IMG/VR virus record: IMGVR_UViG_3300021399_000100
Reading direction: 5' to 3' (one strand)
DNA length: 64,000 bases
Source of the DNA: a virus
Taxonomy: Duplodnaviria; Caudoviricetes
Below, piece after piece: positions 48,058 through 58,938 of this stretch. The position numbers were made by a program, and so were the translations under genes. The notes below the pieces were generated by a model that saw only the letters and a program-made list of their open reading frames with translations, made no database searches and had not been told where the DNA came from. How positions within the stretch are numbered: position 1 is the first letter of the stretch; every line of letters begins with the position of its first letter.

Positions 48058-48267
48058 TTAATTGGATTTATACCAACGTAAATTATCAATCTCATACTGG
48101 AACGATCTTAATTCTGATAGCAGCTGAGATATATATTTATCTCTATCTTGCAATTTCGTGTTCATATCTGACTTCAATTCGTCAATCTTACACTGATAAA
48201 AATATGAACACATATTTAATGCTAGTGCAATGATAATAACCATGAGAAGCAAAATTATTAGTCCCAT
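48058..48267 (-). CDS. small single-TM coiled-coil protein
   Basis: MGLIILLLMVIIIALAL followed by a coiled coil. Confidence 0.6.
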   Translation of the reverse strand: MGLIILLLMVIIIALALNMCSYFYQCKIDELKSDMNTKLQDRDKYISQLLSELRSFQYEIDNLRWYKSN

Positions 48268-48341
48268 ATTAATATAAATCAATATGTGTTATTTACACGA
48301 TGAGTAAATAATTCATCTAATTATTTAGTCGAAGAGTCAAT

Positions 48342-49619
48342 ATGGCAGTAAAATTGATGGTACCTCCTGTTAGGCAGGTGTTATATGCTACGAAAATGTC
48401 ACAGGATTTGGCAGATGTTATGCAAAACATTAAATTGCCAGATTCACCTTCTGCTGCTATTACAGAAGTACGCCAGCAAATGAACTCTATTATATCAGAT
48501 TTTCAGAATCTCGGCAAATCCAAATTACAGAAAGCTAAAGGATGGACTGATCTAAAACTGCCGGGTGGAACAGGAGGATGCTGCTGTACTAAACATAAAT
48601 TCGACAGAGCACTTCTTCATTATGAACGCAAGATGGGAACTGCTGAGAAAAGATTAAACAAACTTCAAGAAGCTAATTTCCAGTCATCTAATGACATCGC
48701 TAACGCATTGAAAGACAAGGCAATACAAGAAGCCAAAAGATTCGCAGACCAAGAGATAAAGAGATTACAGAACGAGTATCATGATCAAGTCATGATGTAT
48801 AAGACTACTGTATCTATTATCAAAGGAAACTATGATGCTAATGGAAGAAGCAGAAAAGAGATAGACTATCGATGCAACTGTATAGACTATAAATTTGAGG
48901 AGTGTCAGACACTCGCCAAAAATATTCCGAAGCATATTATCAAAATGACGGCACAAGCCCCTGTCCCTGCAACAGTCGGAATGTGTGTAACTAATCCAAT
49001 ATACTCTATAATTACATTGCTTATAAACATATGCACTGTCCTGAGTATGATAATACGCTTGCTCAAGCTGATATCACAAATAATCGAAGACATCACTTAT
49101 TTCTTCCCATTCTTTGACTTCAAATCATTAGCTGCTCTTGCGAATCTTCAGAAGAATGCCGCCGATATGATGAAAGATATCAATAAGCAGGCAGAAGCAA
49201 TAGTAGCTGAGCAGAAAAACTCTCTCACCCCAGTATATACTCTGAGGTTTAATAAGACTACTCAGAAATGGGAGGAAGATAATCTGAATGGCAAGATCAG
49301 AGGTTATAAGAGACCTTCAAAAATATCAATGAATAAAGAGAATATAGATGGCATTGATGTCATTACTGATATAGAAATAGAAACATATGAAATGTACAAC
49401 GATGCTCTAGGAACAGATATGATAGGTGAGAGCGTCGATGGATATATTTATGACGACGGTTCAATCAAATCGCAAGCAACTGCATCTGTTTCTATTACAG
49501 CAGATGGTAAACATTCTATCCTTAATCTCAGCGACGGCCGCAGAGTTACTATTGATAGGATTGTCGGCTCAGGCGACGTCGTCAAACTTAATGATGGGTC
49601 TATTATTAATGTATCATAA
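48342..49619 (+). CDS. hypothetical coiled-coil/TM protein
   Basis: ORF track; GTAAATA upstream. Confidence 0.7.
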   Translation: MAVKLMVPPVRQVLYATKMSQDLADVMQNIKLPDSPSAAITEVRQQMNSIISDFQNLGKSKLQKAKGWTDLKLPGGTGGCCCTKHKFDRALLHYERKMGTAEKRLNKLQEANFQSSNDIANALKDKAIQEAKRFADQEIKRLQNEYHDQVMMYKTTVSIIKGNYDANGRSRKEIDYRCNCIDYKFEECQTLAKNIPKHIIKMTAQAPVPATVGMCVTNPIYSIITLLINICTVLSMIIRLLKLISQIIEDITYFFPFFDFKSLAALANLQKNAADMMKDINKQAEAIVAEQKNSLTPVYTLRFNKTTQKWEEDNLNGKIRGYKRPSKISMNKENIDGIDVITDIEIETYEMYNDALGTDMIGESVDGYIYDDGSIKSQATASVSITADGKHSILNLSDGRRVTIDRIVGSGDVVKLNDGSIINVS

Positions 49620-49730
49620 ATAAAAAATAGCCCATGTCTCTCGACATAAGCTATTAAACATTGATTGTGAAAATTGCTTGTTATATCGGAACGGAATAAT
49701 TTATTTTAAGTGTTTTCTTTATTAATATAA

Positions 49731-50624
49731 TCACACAGTAAGCATGCATGGCACATTATATGATTTAATTTCTTCCTCTAGCTTCTCTAATTCTGCTCTT
49801 GCAGCATCTGCTGGAGACTTTAATGTGATGTTGCCTGGAAGAGTATAATTATATCTTTCTAATATCTCTCCAAGTTGAAGCTTGCACATACATACGCAAT
49901 ATCTATAGAATAGTTCGTCATTGAATGCGTCTATCTTATCTATATGAGAACGTACGCATATCACAACATCGCCTACAGGAACATGACCTGTGAAATAAAG
50001 CGTCTTATTGATAGGATTGAATGTTGTTGATACCGTCGGGATGGTTATCATTCGTGTAAGATCACTGAATGATAGCATGCATATTGCGTATTCTGCACAG
50101 TCAGCCAACGCATATTGAGAGTTTATACCAAAGCGCTGTGGAACGGTATAGGCAACTCCGCCCATATATCTGCTTCCGCCAGCCTCGCCGAAGTTTCTGT
50201 ACAGGTCATATACCCCATCGACATATTCTACATCTGGAGGAAGTAGAAGCTTGCCTCTACGTCTGGATTTTCGTGGAGTGCAGATAGGTTCCACACCTTG
50301 TTGATGAACCCATTTGCGCATAGTGCTAGCACTTATCAACAGAGATTCTGGATATGTATAATCTCCATGTTCTTTGACAAAATGCTTGAACGCGGTGTCT
50401 ATTATACGTTTGATCTCTTTAATTGGAACATTAAAAGGCAAGGCGCAACCTACAGTGACCTCTGAATTAATAGTTGCTATAAACCCATTCAGTGCATCTT
50501 CATATTCTGCATCGAGGTCTTCCTCATCATCCCAATCCCTTTCAGGATCACACTGGCACTCACAAGCAGAACCTACACCATTAGGGACACCATGTATGTT
50601 TTCTTTAGGCTCGAATGATTTCAT
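49731..50624 (-). CDS. neck protein, T4 gp13-like
   Basis: RYC...CKLQLG.IL.RY...LPGNITL...A..ELEKLEEE C-terminus. Confidence 0.75.
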   Translation of the reverse strand: MKSFEPKENIHGVPNGVGSACECQCDPERDWDDEEDLDAEYEDALNGFIATINSEVTVGCALPFNVPIKEIKRIIDTAFKHFVKEHGDYTYPESLLISASTMRKWVHQQGVEPICTPRKSRRRGKLLLPPDVEYVDGVYDLYRNFGEAGGSRYMGGVAYTVPQRFGINSQYALADCAEYAICMLSFSDLTRMITIPTVSTTFNPINKTLYFTGHVPVGDVVICVRSHIDKIDAFNDELFYRYCVCMCKLQLGEILERYNYTLPGNITLKSPADAARAELEKLEEEIKSYNVPCMLTV

Positions 50625-50626
50625 AA

Positions 50627-51862
50627 CTATTCTTCTTCAGTATTTTCTTCTCCAGTTTCTTCGCCATCAGCTTCTTCAGGCTCTTCTTCGTTATTATCTT
50701 CTTTCTTGTTATCCTCTTTCTTGCCTTCTTTCTTATCGTCCTCTTTCTTGCCTTCTTTCTTATCGTCCTCTACATGCTCAGCTTTCTTGTTATCTTCTTT
50801 CTTGTTGTCTTCTGTTGGTTCAGCTTTCTTCGGCTCTTCTTTCTTCGGTTCTTCTTTCTTATCGTCGTCCTCTACTGGTTCTTCTTTCCTTTCGCCTTCT
50901 AGATTTTCTGTATCCTTCGCATCATCTGCTGATAAGGACTGTCTCAAATCTTCAGGAACATTAGGTGTATTGTTAATCTTTTCTGCGACAGTTTGCTGCA
51001 GTTTCTTTATATATTCTACCGTTTCATCTCTGTCCATATGAGGGACCCCTGTGAATTTTCCGCGAAGAATAGCTACCATCAGCTGATAAGCATTGATTAA
51101 TTGTTCTGATGTGATACTAGAAGATGCGACTGCCGTCATAAATCCGGGAAGCTCTATATTATTCTTATTGTTGAAAACAACGAGCTTAGTGATCCATGAC
51201 GAACCATATGTCTTGATATATATCTGACATATGTCATCTATTGTTGCTTCAGGCTTCTGTTGGATAACATTATATGCAATACTGACCAAAGACTTCCATA
51301 CTATATCTTTGAAGGTATCGCTCATACTCCACTGATCATCAGGTATTCTCGTCATGTTAGCCGACCGTCTGTCTTTAATAAAAACATTATTGATAGTCAG
51401 TCCATATATAGGTGTGCCTGATACTGATAGTGCATTTGAAGAGAACTTCATATATTCACATATATTGACATTAGACTGCCCTATCATAATCTGCTGGATG
51501 TCCAGTACCATTTTAGGCGTGAGCATTACTCTTTGTGCCGGAGTGTATGGCAACCCACATACCGCAGATATCTGCTGAGGAGATATGTATATTGAATCTG
51601 TTATACAGAATCGCTTCTCTATACGATATATAGCACTGAACGAGTCGTCTATGACACTGACCTCACATACAGCTCTGGGATTATTCAGAAACAATCCTTT
51701 AGCAGGAGCCATCGCTTGTATAACATCGGATTTTAATGTTTCATCATCTGTACCGGTGACACAAAGGCCCATTGCATTTATACCGACGTGCAGCACTGCT
51801 GTTGATTTAATCTTTTCTTTGACAACTGCTATGCCTGGTGTTATATTAGATAATTTCGCCAT
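50627..51862 (-). CDS. hypothetical protein with a Lys/Glu/Asp low-complexity tail
   Basis: KKEG/KKEDD/KKEEP repeats. Confidence 0.7.
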   Translation of the reverse strand: MAKLSNITPGIAVVKEKIKSTAVLHVGINAMGLCVTGTDDETLKSDVIQAMAPAKGLFLNNPRAVCEVSVIDDSFSAIYRIEKRFCITDSIYISPQQISAVCGLPYTPAQRVMLTPKMVLDIQQIMIGQSNVNICEYMKFSSNALSVSGTPIYGLTINNVFIKDRRSANMTRIPDDQWSMSDTFKDIVWKSLVSIAYNVIQQKPEATIDDICQIYIKTYGSSWITKLVVFNNKNNIELPGFMTAVASSSITSEQLINAYQLMVAILRGKFTGVPHMDRDETVEYIKKLQQTVAEKINNTPNVPEDLRQSLSADDAKDTENLEGERKEEPVEDDDKKEEPKKEEPKKAEPTEDNKKEDNKKAEHVEDDKKEGKKEDDKKEGKKEDNKKEDNNEEEPEEADGEETGEENTEEE

Positions 51863-51886
51863 ATAGAACTATTAATTAGTTAATAC

Positions 51887-52414
51887 TTATATATTTACTT
51901 TGGTTTCTCTCAATTCATCTGCTTTCGCCATTACACGAGTAACAAACTGTTGAGGATCCCCTAATTCTTCAGATGTACATAAGAAATTGAACAATTGTAC
52001 AAAATCCGCCATAGAATAAATGAACACAGGGTATTGCGTACAGTAGTACATTCTATACCTAGTCTGACTGTGAGATACTTCACTATATAGATTATTAAGG
52101 ACGGATTCTCCACCTACGCCAGATACGACAAAATCATCAAAATACTTAGTCAATACATAGAATGCTATGCCGTGATCTGGTACTGCATTTTTTGAATGAA
52201 GCAGTTTGTATAACGCAGGAGTTTGCGATACCTCATTCCTATGAGTATTAGAACCTCCTTCAAAAAATCCATTAGGAGCGTTCAATAACTCAAGACCATT
52301 GTGGAGACGGATGCAATCTATATATGCTAGCAACGCTCCCCAACACAAAATGGATGATTGCGTTTCTGGATGTTGTATCTGTCCTTCACATCTATTATAT
52401 ACGTCAGATGCCAT
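51887..52414 (-). CDS. hypothetical protein
   Basis: ORF track. Confidence 0.7.
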   Translation of the reverse strand: MASDVYNRCEGQIQHPETQSSILCWGALLAYIDCIRLHNGLELLNAPNGFFEGGSNTHRNEVSQTPALYKLLHSKNAVPDHGIAFYVLTKYFDDFVVSGVGGESVLNNLYSEVSHSQTRYRMYYCTQYPVFIYSMADFVQLFNFLCTSEELGDPQQFVTRVMAKADELRETKVNI

Positions 52415-52459
52415 GTATCTCTGGTAAATAGTGTATATAACTATTTACACATATTCGAT

Positions 52460-53836
52460 ATGAATACTTTTGATGTATTTTCAGGTACCGATGTCAAAGA
52501 GCAGATGGACAAACTTCACGAATGCGTGACTCAATATATAAGTCATATCAAAGATACTATAGAGGCTGAGCATCGCAAGTCACATAATGAGCAGGGAGTT
52601 GATGTTGATAAAATATTGAACAGTCTCGGAGATATTAAATCTAAGCTTATTGATGTGTTGCTTTCCAAGAAGACGTCTAATTATGTACTGCATTCATTGA
52701 ATGTAGTGTACAATTTTGATGCGTTTTTGAACCCTATAGCAACTATCGTAGTGACTTATGCTATAAGACAGTTGTATATCAATAAGATAGGCCTAGAAAT
52801 TATCAATAACATAAATAATGTCATCAAATGTGTATGCATGGATATGATAGCAAGGAGCAAGGCTAACAGAGGACTTGCAGAAGTATCTTCTATGTCTAAA
52901 GACTATAATATGAAGATATCGGAAGTCATCAGCATTACACAGAAATACGTCGATTCACGTGATACGCAGGTTATGCAAATGCTAGATCATACTATCCAGC
53001 ATGATATCGAAGGTTTCAAAGAAAATATAGAGTCATCAGATAAACTGATAGACGCCTTCTCGCAGAACGATAAATGGGTAGCAGAATGGGGTATGACCAC
53101 TAAAGCTATTACGTTGCAGTCTGCTAACAACCTGTGTCTGAAGATACGCAAGGACATGGGAAGCTATATAACTGCCCTATCTACTTGTTTGGACCGCCAC
53201 GTAGTAGATAATATATCATTTAATGCCGATAGGGACTATTACGATGAGCGTTTTATAGATGATCAGATCATGTCTAATGAAAGAAAGATCAAGGATGCTG
53301 AAAACTCCATAGAAAGTGCTGAAGTCGATATGCATAAACTAGTAAAGAAAGGCAAGGAACTTTCTGATAGTAACCGCATCAAGTCATATAAGCAATATAA
53401 AGATATGGACGAGGACGATAAGCAAGCTCTTACTGCTTATTGGAAGCAGAATCCATCCAAAGCTCCAGATGCTGTAAGATATATATATGATAAAGATAGA
53501 TTCCGTATAGCACTCAAAGATATTTGTGAAAATATTGCAGAAACACGAAATAGAGAGAACGATTCTTATGACGTGTTCATTGGCAAAAGATTCTATGAGC
53601 TGATGGGTATAGAAGACCTCCGGATGTATATTTACGATATAATGGATTTCTCTTACTCTAATAACGTAGAGAATCTTATCAAGAATAACTATAATATATT
53701 AAAATTCGATAAGAGGGTACAAGGTAATAAACCAACTAAAAGCGAGAAGCTTGAGATCTTGAAATCTAAAAAGATCTTCGGAAACTACTTGAAAGCGCTA
53801 GAAAGTGAAAAGAAGTACGGTAAAGACGTGAAATAA
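52460..53836 (+). CDS. hypothetical coiled-coil protein
   Basis: Likely start MNTFDVF after GTAAATA. Confidence 0.7.
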   Translation: MNTFDVFSGTDVKEQMDKLHECVTQYISHIKDTIEAEHRKSHNEQGVDVDKILNSLGDIKSKLIDVLLSKKTSNYVLHSLNVVYNFDAFLNPIATIVVTYAIRQLYINKIGLEIINNINNVIKCVCMDMIARSKANRGLAEVSSMSKDYNMKISEVISITQKYVDSRDTQVMQMLDHTIQHDIEGFKENIESSDKLIDAFSQNDKWVAEWGMTTKAITLQSANNLCLKIRKDMGSYITALSTCLDRHVVDNISFNADRDYYDERFIDDQIMSNERKIKDAENSIESAEVDMHKLVKKGKELSDSNRIKSYKQYKDMDEDDKQALTAYWKQNPSKAPDAVRYIYDKDRFRIALKDICENIAETRNRENDSYDVFIGKRFYELMGIEDLRMYIYDIMDFSYSNNVENLIKNNYNILKFDKRVQGNKPTKSEKLEILKSKKIFGNYLKALESEKKYGKDVK

Positions 53837-53845
53837 TTGAAAAAT

Positions 53846-55630
53846 ATGGATATTATTAAGACATACGAGATTTCATTAAGGGGTCCTTCTGTTGATATCA
53901 GCGCTATAGGAGGGAGGCCGAATTGGGAATCTAATTCTCGATACAGATACTCTTATCATAAAGAAGCTTCTCTATGGAGTGACTGGAAAGACTTGTCCCT
54001 AGACGAGCTTAATGGAAAAACGTTCAAAGAGAAACATATCGATATAGAAATAGAGATATCTGGCGAAGCAGAAGAGGACTTCCCTACACTAGCCGTCAGT
54101 GTTCCAGATGATGCCGAATGCGGGCTTCCTTCTGTCACAGTCAATGAAAATACAACAGGTGACGGCGAGCCATGCACTGCATCTATTAGAGTAACTGACT
54201 GTGATGATGTAGATGGAAATGATAATACATTCAATCCATATGCAGTAGGGTCTGCTTCAGAGATATATAACGAACTATCAGCTATAGTTTCAGATACGTT
54301 CGGATTCACTTCTAGATATTTCAGAACATCTCCTGCAAGAAACTCCGCAGATTATATTTTCCACGAGTTCTCTCTAAAGAATGTATCTGCTGCAGATAAT
54401 ATCAAAGTAGTGATAGAAGATAATAAGCTGCCATCTAGAAGCTTCGTCATAAACAATCCATTATTAGATTATCAAGAAACCCTTACTGTCCATATAGTCA
54501 AGAGTGAGTTCCATAATGTCTTCGGTAAGAAGACCTATCCGAGAGAACATGACTATCTTGCTATAAACTTTAAGAATTTCAACAAGATGTATGAAGTCAT
54601 AGGTGTGTATAATCCCGATGACTTTTTATACGCTGCATCATATTGGATTGTCTTGCTACAACCTTACCAGGATAGAAGTATGGTAGGGTATGATAGTGAA
54701 GATAGTGATGTTATCATAGACAGAGAAAAGGCAACAGAAGTCAACCAATCAACTACATTAGACATAAATGACGGTGATCTTACAAAAGAGATAGAAACTT
54801 TCACCTTTAATAAAAAGGCAGAGGAACATAAAGAAGCCGCTAAGAATGACACTGAAAAAGCGCGTGCAGACAGCCTGCTGAATGATAAGATTCTAGACAG
54901 TTCACGCAAGCGCAGTGATTTTATGACGAACTCATATGATAATGCTGTCAAATGTGAGAAAGAGATAATATATCACATGAATATACCTATAGCTAATTAT
55001 AATTATACGCTAAAGAGTAAAGGCATAGGTTCTTGCGCGATTCTATATCACAAATTCAAAAGCAGTCCTATATGCCGTATCTCTTTCGTTTTCAAACTGT
55101 TAGCTACAGTAACTCGAAATATGCCTATACTGAGCGACGGTGAAACATCAGTATGGATCACTAGAAAGACTATATCAATAAAAAGAGGTGATTATATCAA
55201 GACATATACTGTAGAGGATCCTATGACTAATGTATGGTATGCCGCTTCTGTCATAATGGATGAAGATGAACAGTCTATGACTAGAATATCCATATGGAAG
55301 CAGGAAAAGGACCTTATACATAGCAGAGATAAATTTGTACAGGTTATTGCAGAAGGATCCACTCAGAGCGGGCTATATAGGCCATATCCGCTGCTAAATG
55401 ATGCCGACCATGGAGAAGTATGTCTCTTCGGTGGTCCCTATAGCATTACTAATATTAAGATAGCTACTGATCCACTTCCTGAAAATAAAGAATTCAGTGA
55501 AGCGATAGCCCAAGTATCTCATGATATGCATACTATGATAGTGTCAGATATGGCTGCTCCGCGCATCACTAGTGAAAGCATTATGCCTCTAGTGAAACGT
55601 CCTGATCAACAGGAGAAGAAATCAGTCTAG
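53846..55630 (+). CDS. neck/head-closure protein, T4 gp14-like, with extra domains
   Basis: FNPY...Y..L...V...FGF...YF; HIVKSEF..VFG....PREHDYL; MYEV. Confidence 0.65.
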   Translation: MDIIKTYEISLRGPSVDISAIGGRPNWESNSRYRYSYHKEASLWSDWKDLSLDELNGKTFKEKHIDIEIEISGEAEEDFPTLAVSVPDDAECGLPSVTVNENTTGDGEPCTASIRVTDCDDVDGNDNTFNPYAVGSASEIYNELSAIVSDTFGFTSRYFRTSPARNSADYIFHEFSLKNVSAADNIKVVIEDNKLPSRSFVINNPLLDYQETLTVHIVKSEFHNVFGKKTYPREHDYLAINFKNFNKMYEVIGVYNPDDFLYAASYWIVLLQPYQDRSMVGYDSEDSDVIIDREKATEVNQSTTLDINDGDLTKEIETFTFNKKAEEHKEAAKNDTEKARADSLLNDKILDSSRKRSDFMTNSYDNAVKCEKEIIYHMNIPIANYNYTLKSKGIGSCAILYHKFKSSPICRISFVFKLLATVTRNMPILSDGETSVWITRKTISIKRGDYIKTYTVEDPMTNVWYAASVIMDEDEQSMTRISIWKQEKDLIHSRDKFVQVIAEGSTQSGLYRPYPLLNDADHGEVCLFGGPYSITNIKIATDPLPENKEFSEAIAQVSHDMHTMIVSDMAAPRITSESIMPLVKRPDQQEKKSV

Positions 55631-55661
55631 GTGCAATGACTGTCGTCACGTGTGATTATAT

Positions 55662-55697
55662 AAAAATAGCAGCAGGGTTATTCTGCTGCTATTTTTT
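55662..55697. terminator. bidirectional terminator
   Basis: AAAAATAGCAGCAG...CTGCTGCTATTTTT. Confidence 0.8.
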
Positions 55698-56271
55698 ATT
55701 TTATAAGTCCTAAAGCTTTCTTTGCAATATCTAGTCTATTTTTTCTATCAGCAAATCCATTAGTCCCTCCGTTGACTCTACGCGTCACTGCTAGAATATC
55801 ATCCTTATCAGCAAGTACGTTCAGATTGTTTTTTGTCCAGAACCATACGGCAGATGCAACAGCCTGGGTTGGGTTTTCTACCAATTCAGGATGAGTTACA
55901 AACATTTTCTCATATGGACCTGGTCCAAAATACCATTTAGAAAATGCTGCATAGTTCGCCTTTCCTGTCAATTGAATAAGACCTCTGCCTTTATATACTT
56001 CGCCATCTCCATCTGCCTCTGGTGTGTTGCCTAGTGCAATAGCAAGCTTGCCTGTATCATATTTCTTGAAATACGAAGAACCTCCGAGCTCTCTGACATA
56101 ACGTAGACTTCCTGACTCTGTACCAACCTGAGCTAAGAAATGAGCAATACGTAATGGCGTGTCTATTTTGAATTTATTGCACCACTTTCTAAGAGGTTCT
56201 GCATATTTGTCTATGTTTGCTTTAGTAGCATCTGGCATACATTTAGCTAATATTTCTTTGGTCAGTTCCAT
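55696..56271 (-). CDS. endolysin, glycoside hydrolase family 19
   Basis: AHFLAQVGTESG, YKGRGLIQLTGKANY, SAVWFW, TRRVNGGTNG. Confidence 0.95.
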   Translation of the reverse strand: MELTKEILAKCMPDATKANIDKYAEPLRKWCNKFKIDTPLRIAHFLAQVGTESGSLRYVRELGGSSYFKKYDTGKLAIALGNTPEADGDGEVYKGRGLIQLTGKANYAAFSKWYFGPGPYEKMFVTHPELVENPTQAVASAVWFWTKNNLNVLADKDDILAVTRRVNGGTNGFADRKNRLDIAKKALGLIK

Positions 56272-56332
56272 ATATGTAAGTAAATATATTATTATTTACA
56301 CAGTTTGGAATCAATAATGAATAATTGAGAAT

Positions 56333-56944
56333 ATGAAAACATTTGATCAATGGATTGAAAATCCTGCCCAGAATATTGATGAAGGGACATTTGGTTTCTT
56401 GAATAATAAAAATGCAGATCGAAATTCGCATAGCATCACAGAGTTTAAGCAAACTCCCATAGTTCAACCTAAGAATAAAGAAGAACTGGAGAAGATTATT
56501 AACGATACCATCAAAGCGAAAGGCTCTAATTGTGATCTAAATTTCATCGATACGTCTCTGATAACCGATATGAGTAGGTTATTTATGGGGTCTGATTTTA
56601 ATGGGATCATCTCCAAGTGGGACGTCTCTAATGTCACGGATATGAGTGGTATGTTCGAAGAATCAAGTTTCGAGGGGGACCTCGCTGAATGGGATGTATC
56701 TAATGTTAAAGATATGAGTGAAATGTTCTATGAAGCGTATGGCTTCAATAGTGACATTGCTAATTGGAATGTCTCTAATGTAATATATATGCAATATATG
56801 TTCGCAGAATCCGGATTTAACCGTAACATTTCAAAGTGGAATGTGTCTAAGAATGCATTTGTGTATATGATGTTTGATCGCACATATCTTGAGGAAAATG
56901 GTACCCTTCCTAACTGGTATAAGTACCATCCTAATAAAAATTAG
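56333..56944 (+). CDS. DUF285/BspA-like repeat protein, paralog 1
   Basis: [14 protein letters not shown]; WDVSNV.DM..MF repeats. Confidence 0.9.
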   Translation: MKTFDQWIENPAQNIDEGTFGFLNNKNADRNSHSITEFKQTPIVQPKNKEELEKIINDTIKAKGSNCDLNFIDTSLITDMSRLFMGSDFNGIISKWDVSNVTDMSGMFEESSFEGDLAEWDVSNVKDMSEMFYEAYGFNSDIANWNVSNVIYMQYMFAESGFNRNISKWNVSKNAFVYMMFDRTYLEENGTLPNWYKYHPNKN

Positions 56945-56968
56945 ATTTATATGATAATAATTAAGAAT

Positions 56969-57919
56969 ATGAAGACATTTGATCAGTGGATTGAAAATCC
57001 TGCCCAGAATATTGATGAAGGAGTATTTGGTTTCTTGAATAATAAAAATGCAGATCGAAATTCGCATAGCATCACAGAGTTTAGGCAGACTCCCATAGTT
57101 CAACCTAAGAATAAAGAAGAACTGAAGAAGATTATTAACGATACTATCAAAGAAAAAGGTGATCATTGCGATCTAAATTTCATAGATACGTCTCTGATAA
57201 CTGATATGAGTGAGTTATTTCAGAGGTCTTCTTTTGATGGGAATATCTCTAAGTGGGATACATCGAATGTGCAAAATATGAGTCATATGTTTCAGAGGTC
57301 TTCTTTTAATGGGGTTATCTCTGATTGGGATACATCAAATGTACAAGATATGAGTTATATGTTTAATGTGTCCAAATTCAATGGGGTCATCTCTGATTGG
57401 AATACATCGAATGTGCGAGATATGAGCGGAATGTTTATGGTATCTGAATTCAATGGGGTTATCTCTGATTGGGATACATCGAATGTACAAGATATGCATG
57501 AGATGTTTTGTGGGTCTGTTTTTGATGGGGTTATCTCTGATTGGAATACATCAAATGTGCGAGATATGAGTAGCATGTTCGCTGAATCTGATTTTGAAGG
57601 AGACCTCTCTAGGTGGAATACATCTAATGTTGAGAATATGAAAGGAATGTTTTGGTCCTCTATGTTCAATAGCGACCTCGCAAAATGGAATGTCTCTAAG
57701 GTAAGAGATATGGGATTTATGTTCTCCGAATCTGAATTCAATAGTGACATCCATGAATGGGATGTCTCTAATGTAAGAAACATGGAGGAAATGTTCTATC
57801 GCTCTTGGTTCAATAAAGACATCTCAGATTGGGAGGTATCTGATGATGTATGTATGCGCAATATGTTTAAGGATTCAAAACTTGAGGAAAATGATGCCAT
57901 CCCTGAGTGGTATTATTAA
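56969..57919 (+). CDS. DUF285/BspA-like repeat protein, paralog 2
   Basis: About ten 22-aa (66-nt) repeats F.GVISDW.TSNV.DMS.MF. Confidence 0.9.
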   Translation: MKTFDQWIENPAQNIDEGVFGFLNNKNADRNSHSITEFRQTPIVQPKNKEELKKIINDTIKEKGDHCDLNFIDTSLITDMSELFQRSSFDGNISKWDTSNVQNMSHMFQRSSFNGVISDWDTSNVQDMSYMFNVSKFNGVISDWNTSNVRDMSGMFMVSEFNGVISDWDTSNVQDMHEMFCGSVFDGVISDWNTSNVRDMSSMFAESDFEGDLSRWNTSNVENMKGMFWSSMFNSDLAKWNVSKVRDMGFMFSESEFNSDIHEWDVSNVRNMEEMFYRSWFNKDISDWEVSDDVCMRNMFKDSKLEENDAIPEWYY

Positions 57920-57947
57920 ATTTATTTATATAATAATAATTGAGAAT

Positions 57948-58832
57948 ATGAAGACATTTGATCAATGGGTTGAAAATCCTGTCCAGAATATTGATGAAGG
58001 AGTATTTGACTTCTTTAAAAAGAAGAAGACGAATAATAGTGCACCTGTGATTAAAGCAAAAGACAGAGAACATCTAGAGAAGCTTATCAATAATGCTATC
58101 CATCCTGCAGGAGGAAGGATCAATTATGAAGCGGATCTTAACTTTATCGATGTCAGCAATATCACAGACATGTCTGAACTCTTCCAAAATTCAGAGTTCA
58201 ACGGCAGCATTTCTGAATGGAATACGTCCAACGTGGTGAATATGGACAAAATGTTCATGAATTCCAAATTTAACAAGGACATCTCTAAGTGGAACACTCG
58301 CAAGGTGCAGTCCATGAACAAGATGTTCGAGTCCTCTAAATTTAACAAGAACATTTCTAAATGGGACGTCGGTAGAGTTACTTCAATGAATTATATGTTC
58401 CGTAATGCTGCATTTGATGGAGACCTGTCTGAATGGAGACCTGTAAATCTCAGTGAAGCAAACGGAATGTTCCAAAACAGCAAGGTAGACTGTGATTTAT
58501 CAAAATGGCCGCTTAAAAATCTTACAACCGCAAGATATATGTTTGCTAATACTACATCGAAGTGGAAAGGAATAGGCAACTGGCCTATCAATAAAATAGA
58601 AGACACTACTTCTATGTTCGCAAGGGCTGTTAAGTTCGATGATGACATCACTAACTGGAACATGTCAAACATACGGGCTTGTTCGAGAATGTTTGATTCA
58701 GCTGAAAAATTCTCCCAGAATCTTTCTACGTGGAAGGAACCTATAGAAAAACCGTCAATTGGAGACAGAATACAAATGTTCAAAGGCTGTCCGAAGATGA
58801 AGCCTAATATGATGCCTAAATGGGCTAAGTAA
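57948..58832 (+). CDS. DUF285/BspA-like repeat protein, paralog 3
   Basis: Same leader and repeat type, more diverged. Confidence 0.9.
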   Translation: MKTFDQWVENPVQNIDEGVFDFFKKKKTNNSAPVIKAKDREHLEKLINNAIHPAGGRINYEADLNFIDVSNITDMSELFQNSEFNGSISEWNTSNVVNMDKMFMNSKFNKDISKWNTRKVQSMNKMFESSKFNKNISKWDVGRVTSMNYMFRNAAFDGDLSEWRPVNLSEANGMFQNSKVDCDLSKWPLKNLTTARYMFANTTSKWKGIGNWPINKIEDTTSMFARAVKFDDDITNWNMSNIRACSRMFDSAEKFSQNLSTWKEPIEKPSIGDRIQMFKGCPKMKPNMMPKWAK

Positions 58833-58938
58833 CTAGTCATATATTATAATATAATCAGGCGGTGCATCATTTTTTGCATCGCCTTTTTAATGTCTATATA
58901 AAAAATTAATGGTTATATTATATATTTAGGTAAAATCT

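Noticed and set aside
50374-51041. Leu/Ser-rich plus-strand ORFs
   Set aside because: Antisense of the Lys/Glu low-complexity tail
57180-57900. CRISPR array or DGR template/variable repeats
   Set aside because: Repeats are in-frame 22-aa coding units without unique spacers; no reverse transcriptase or cas gene in the window
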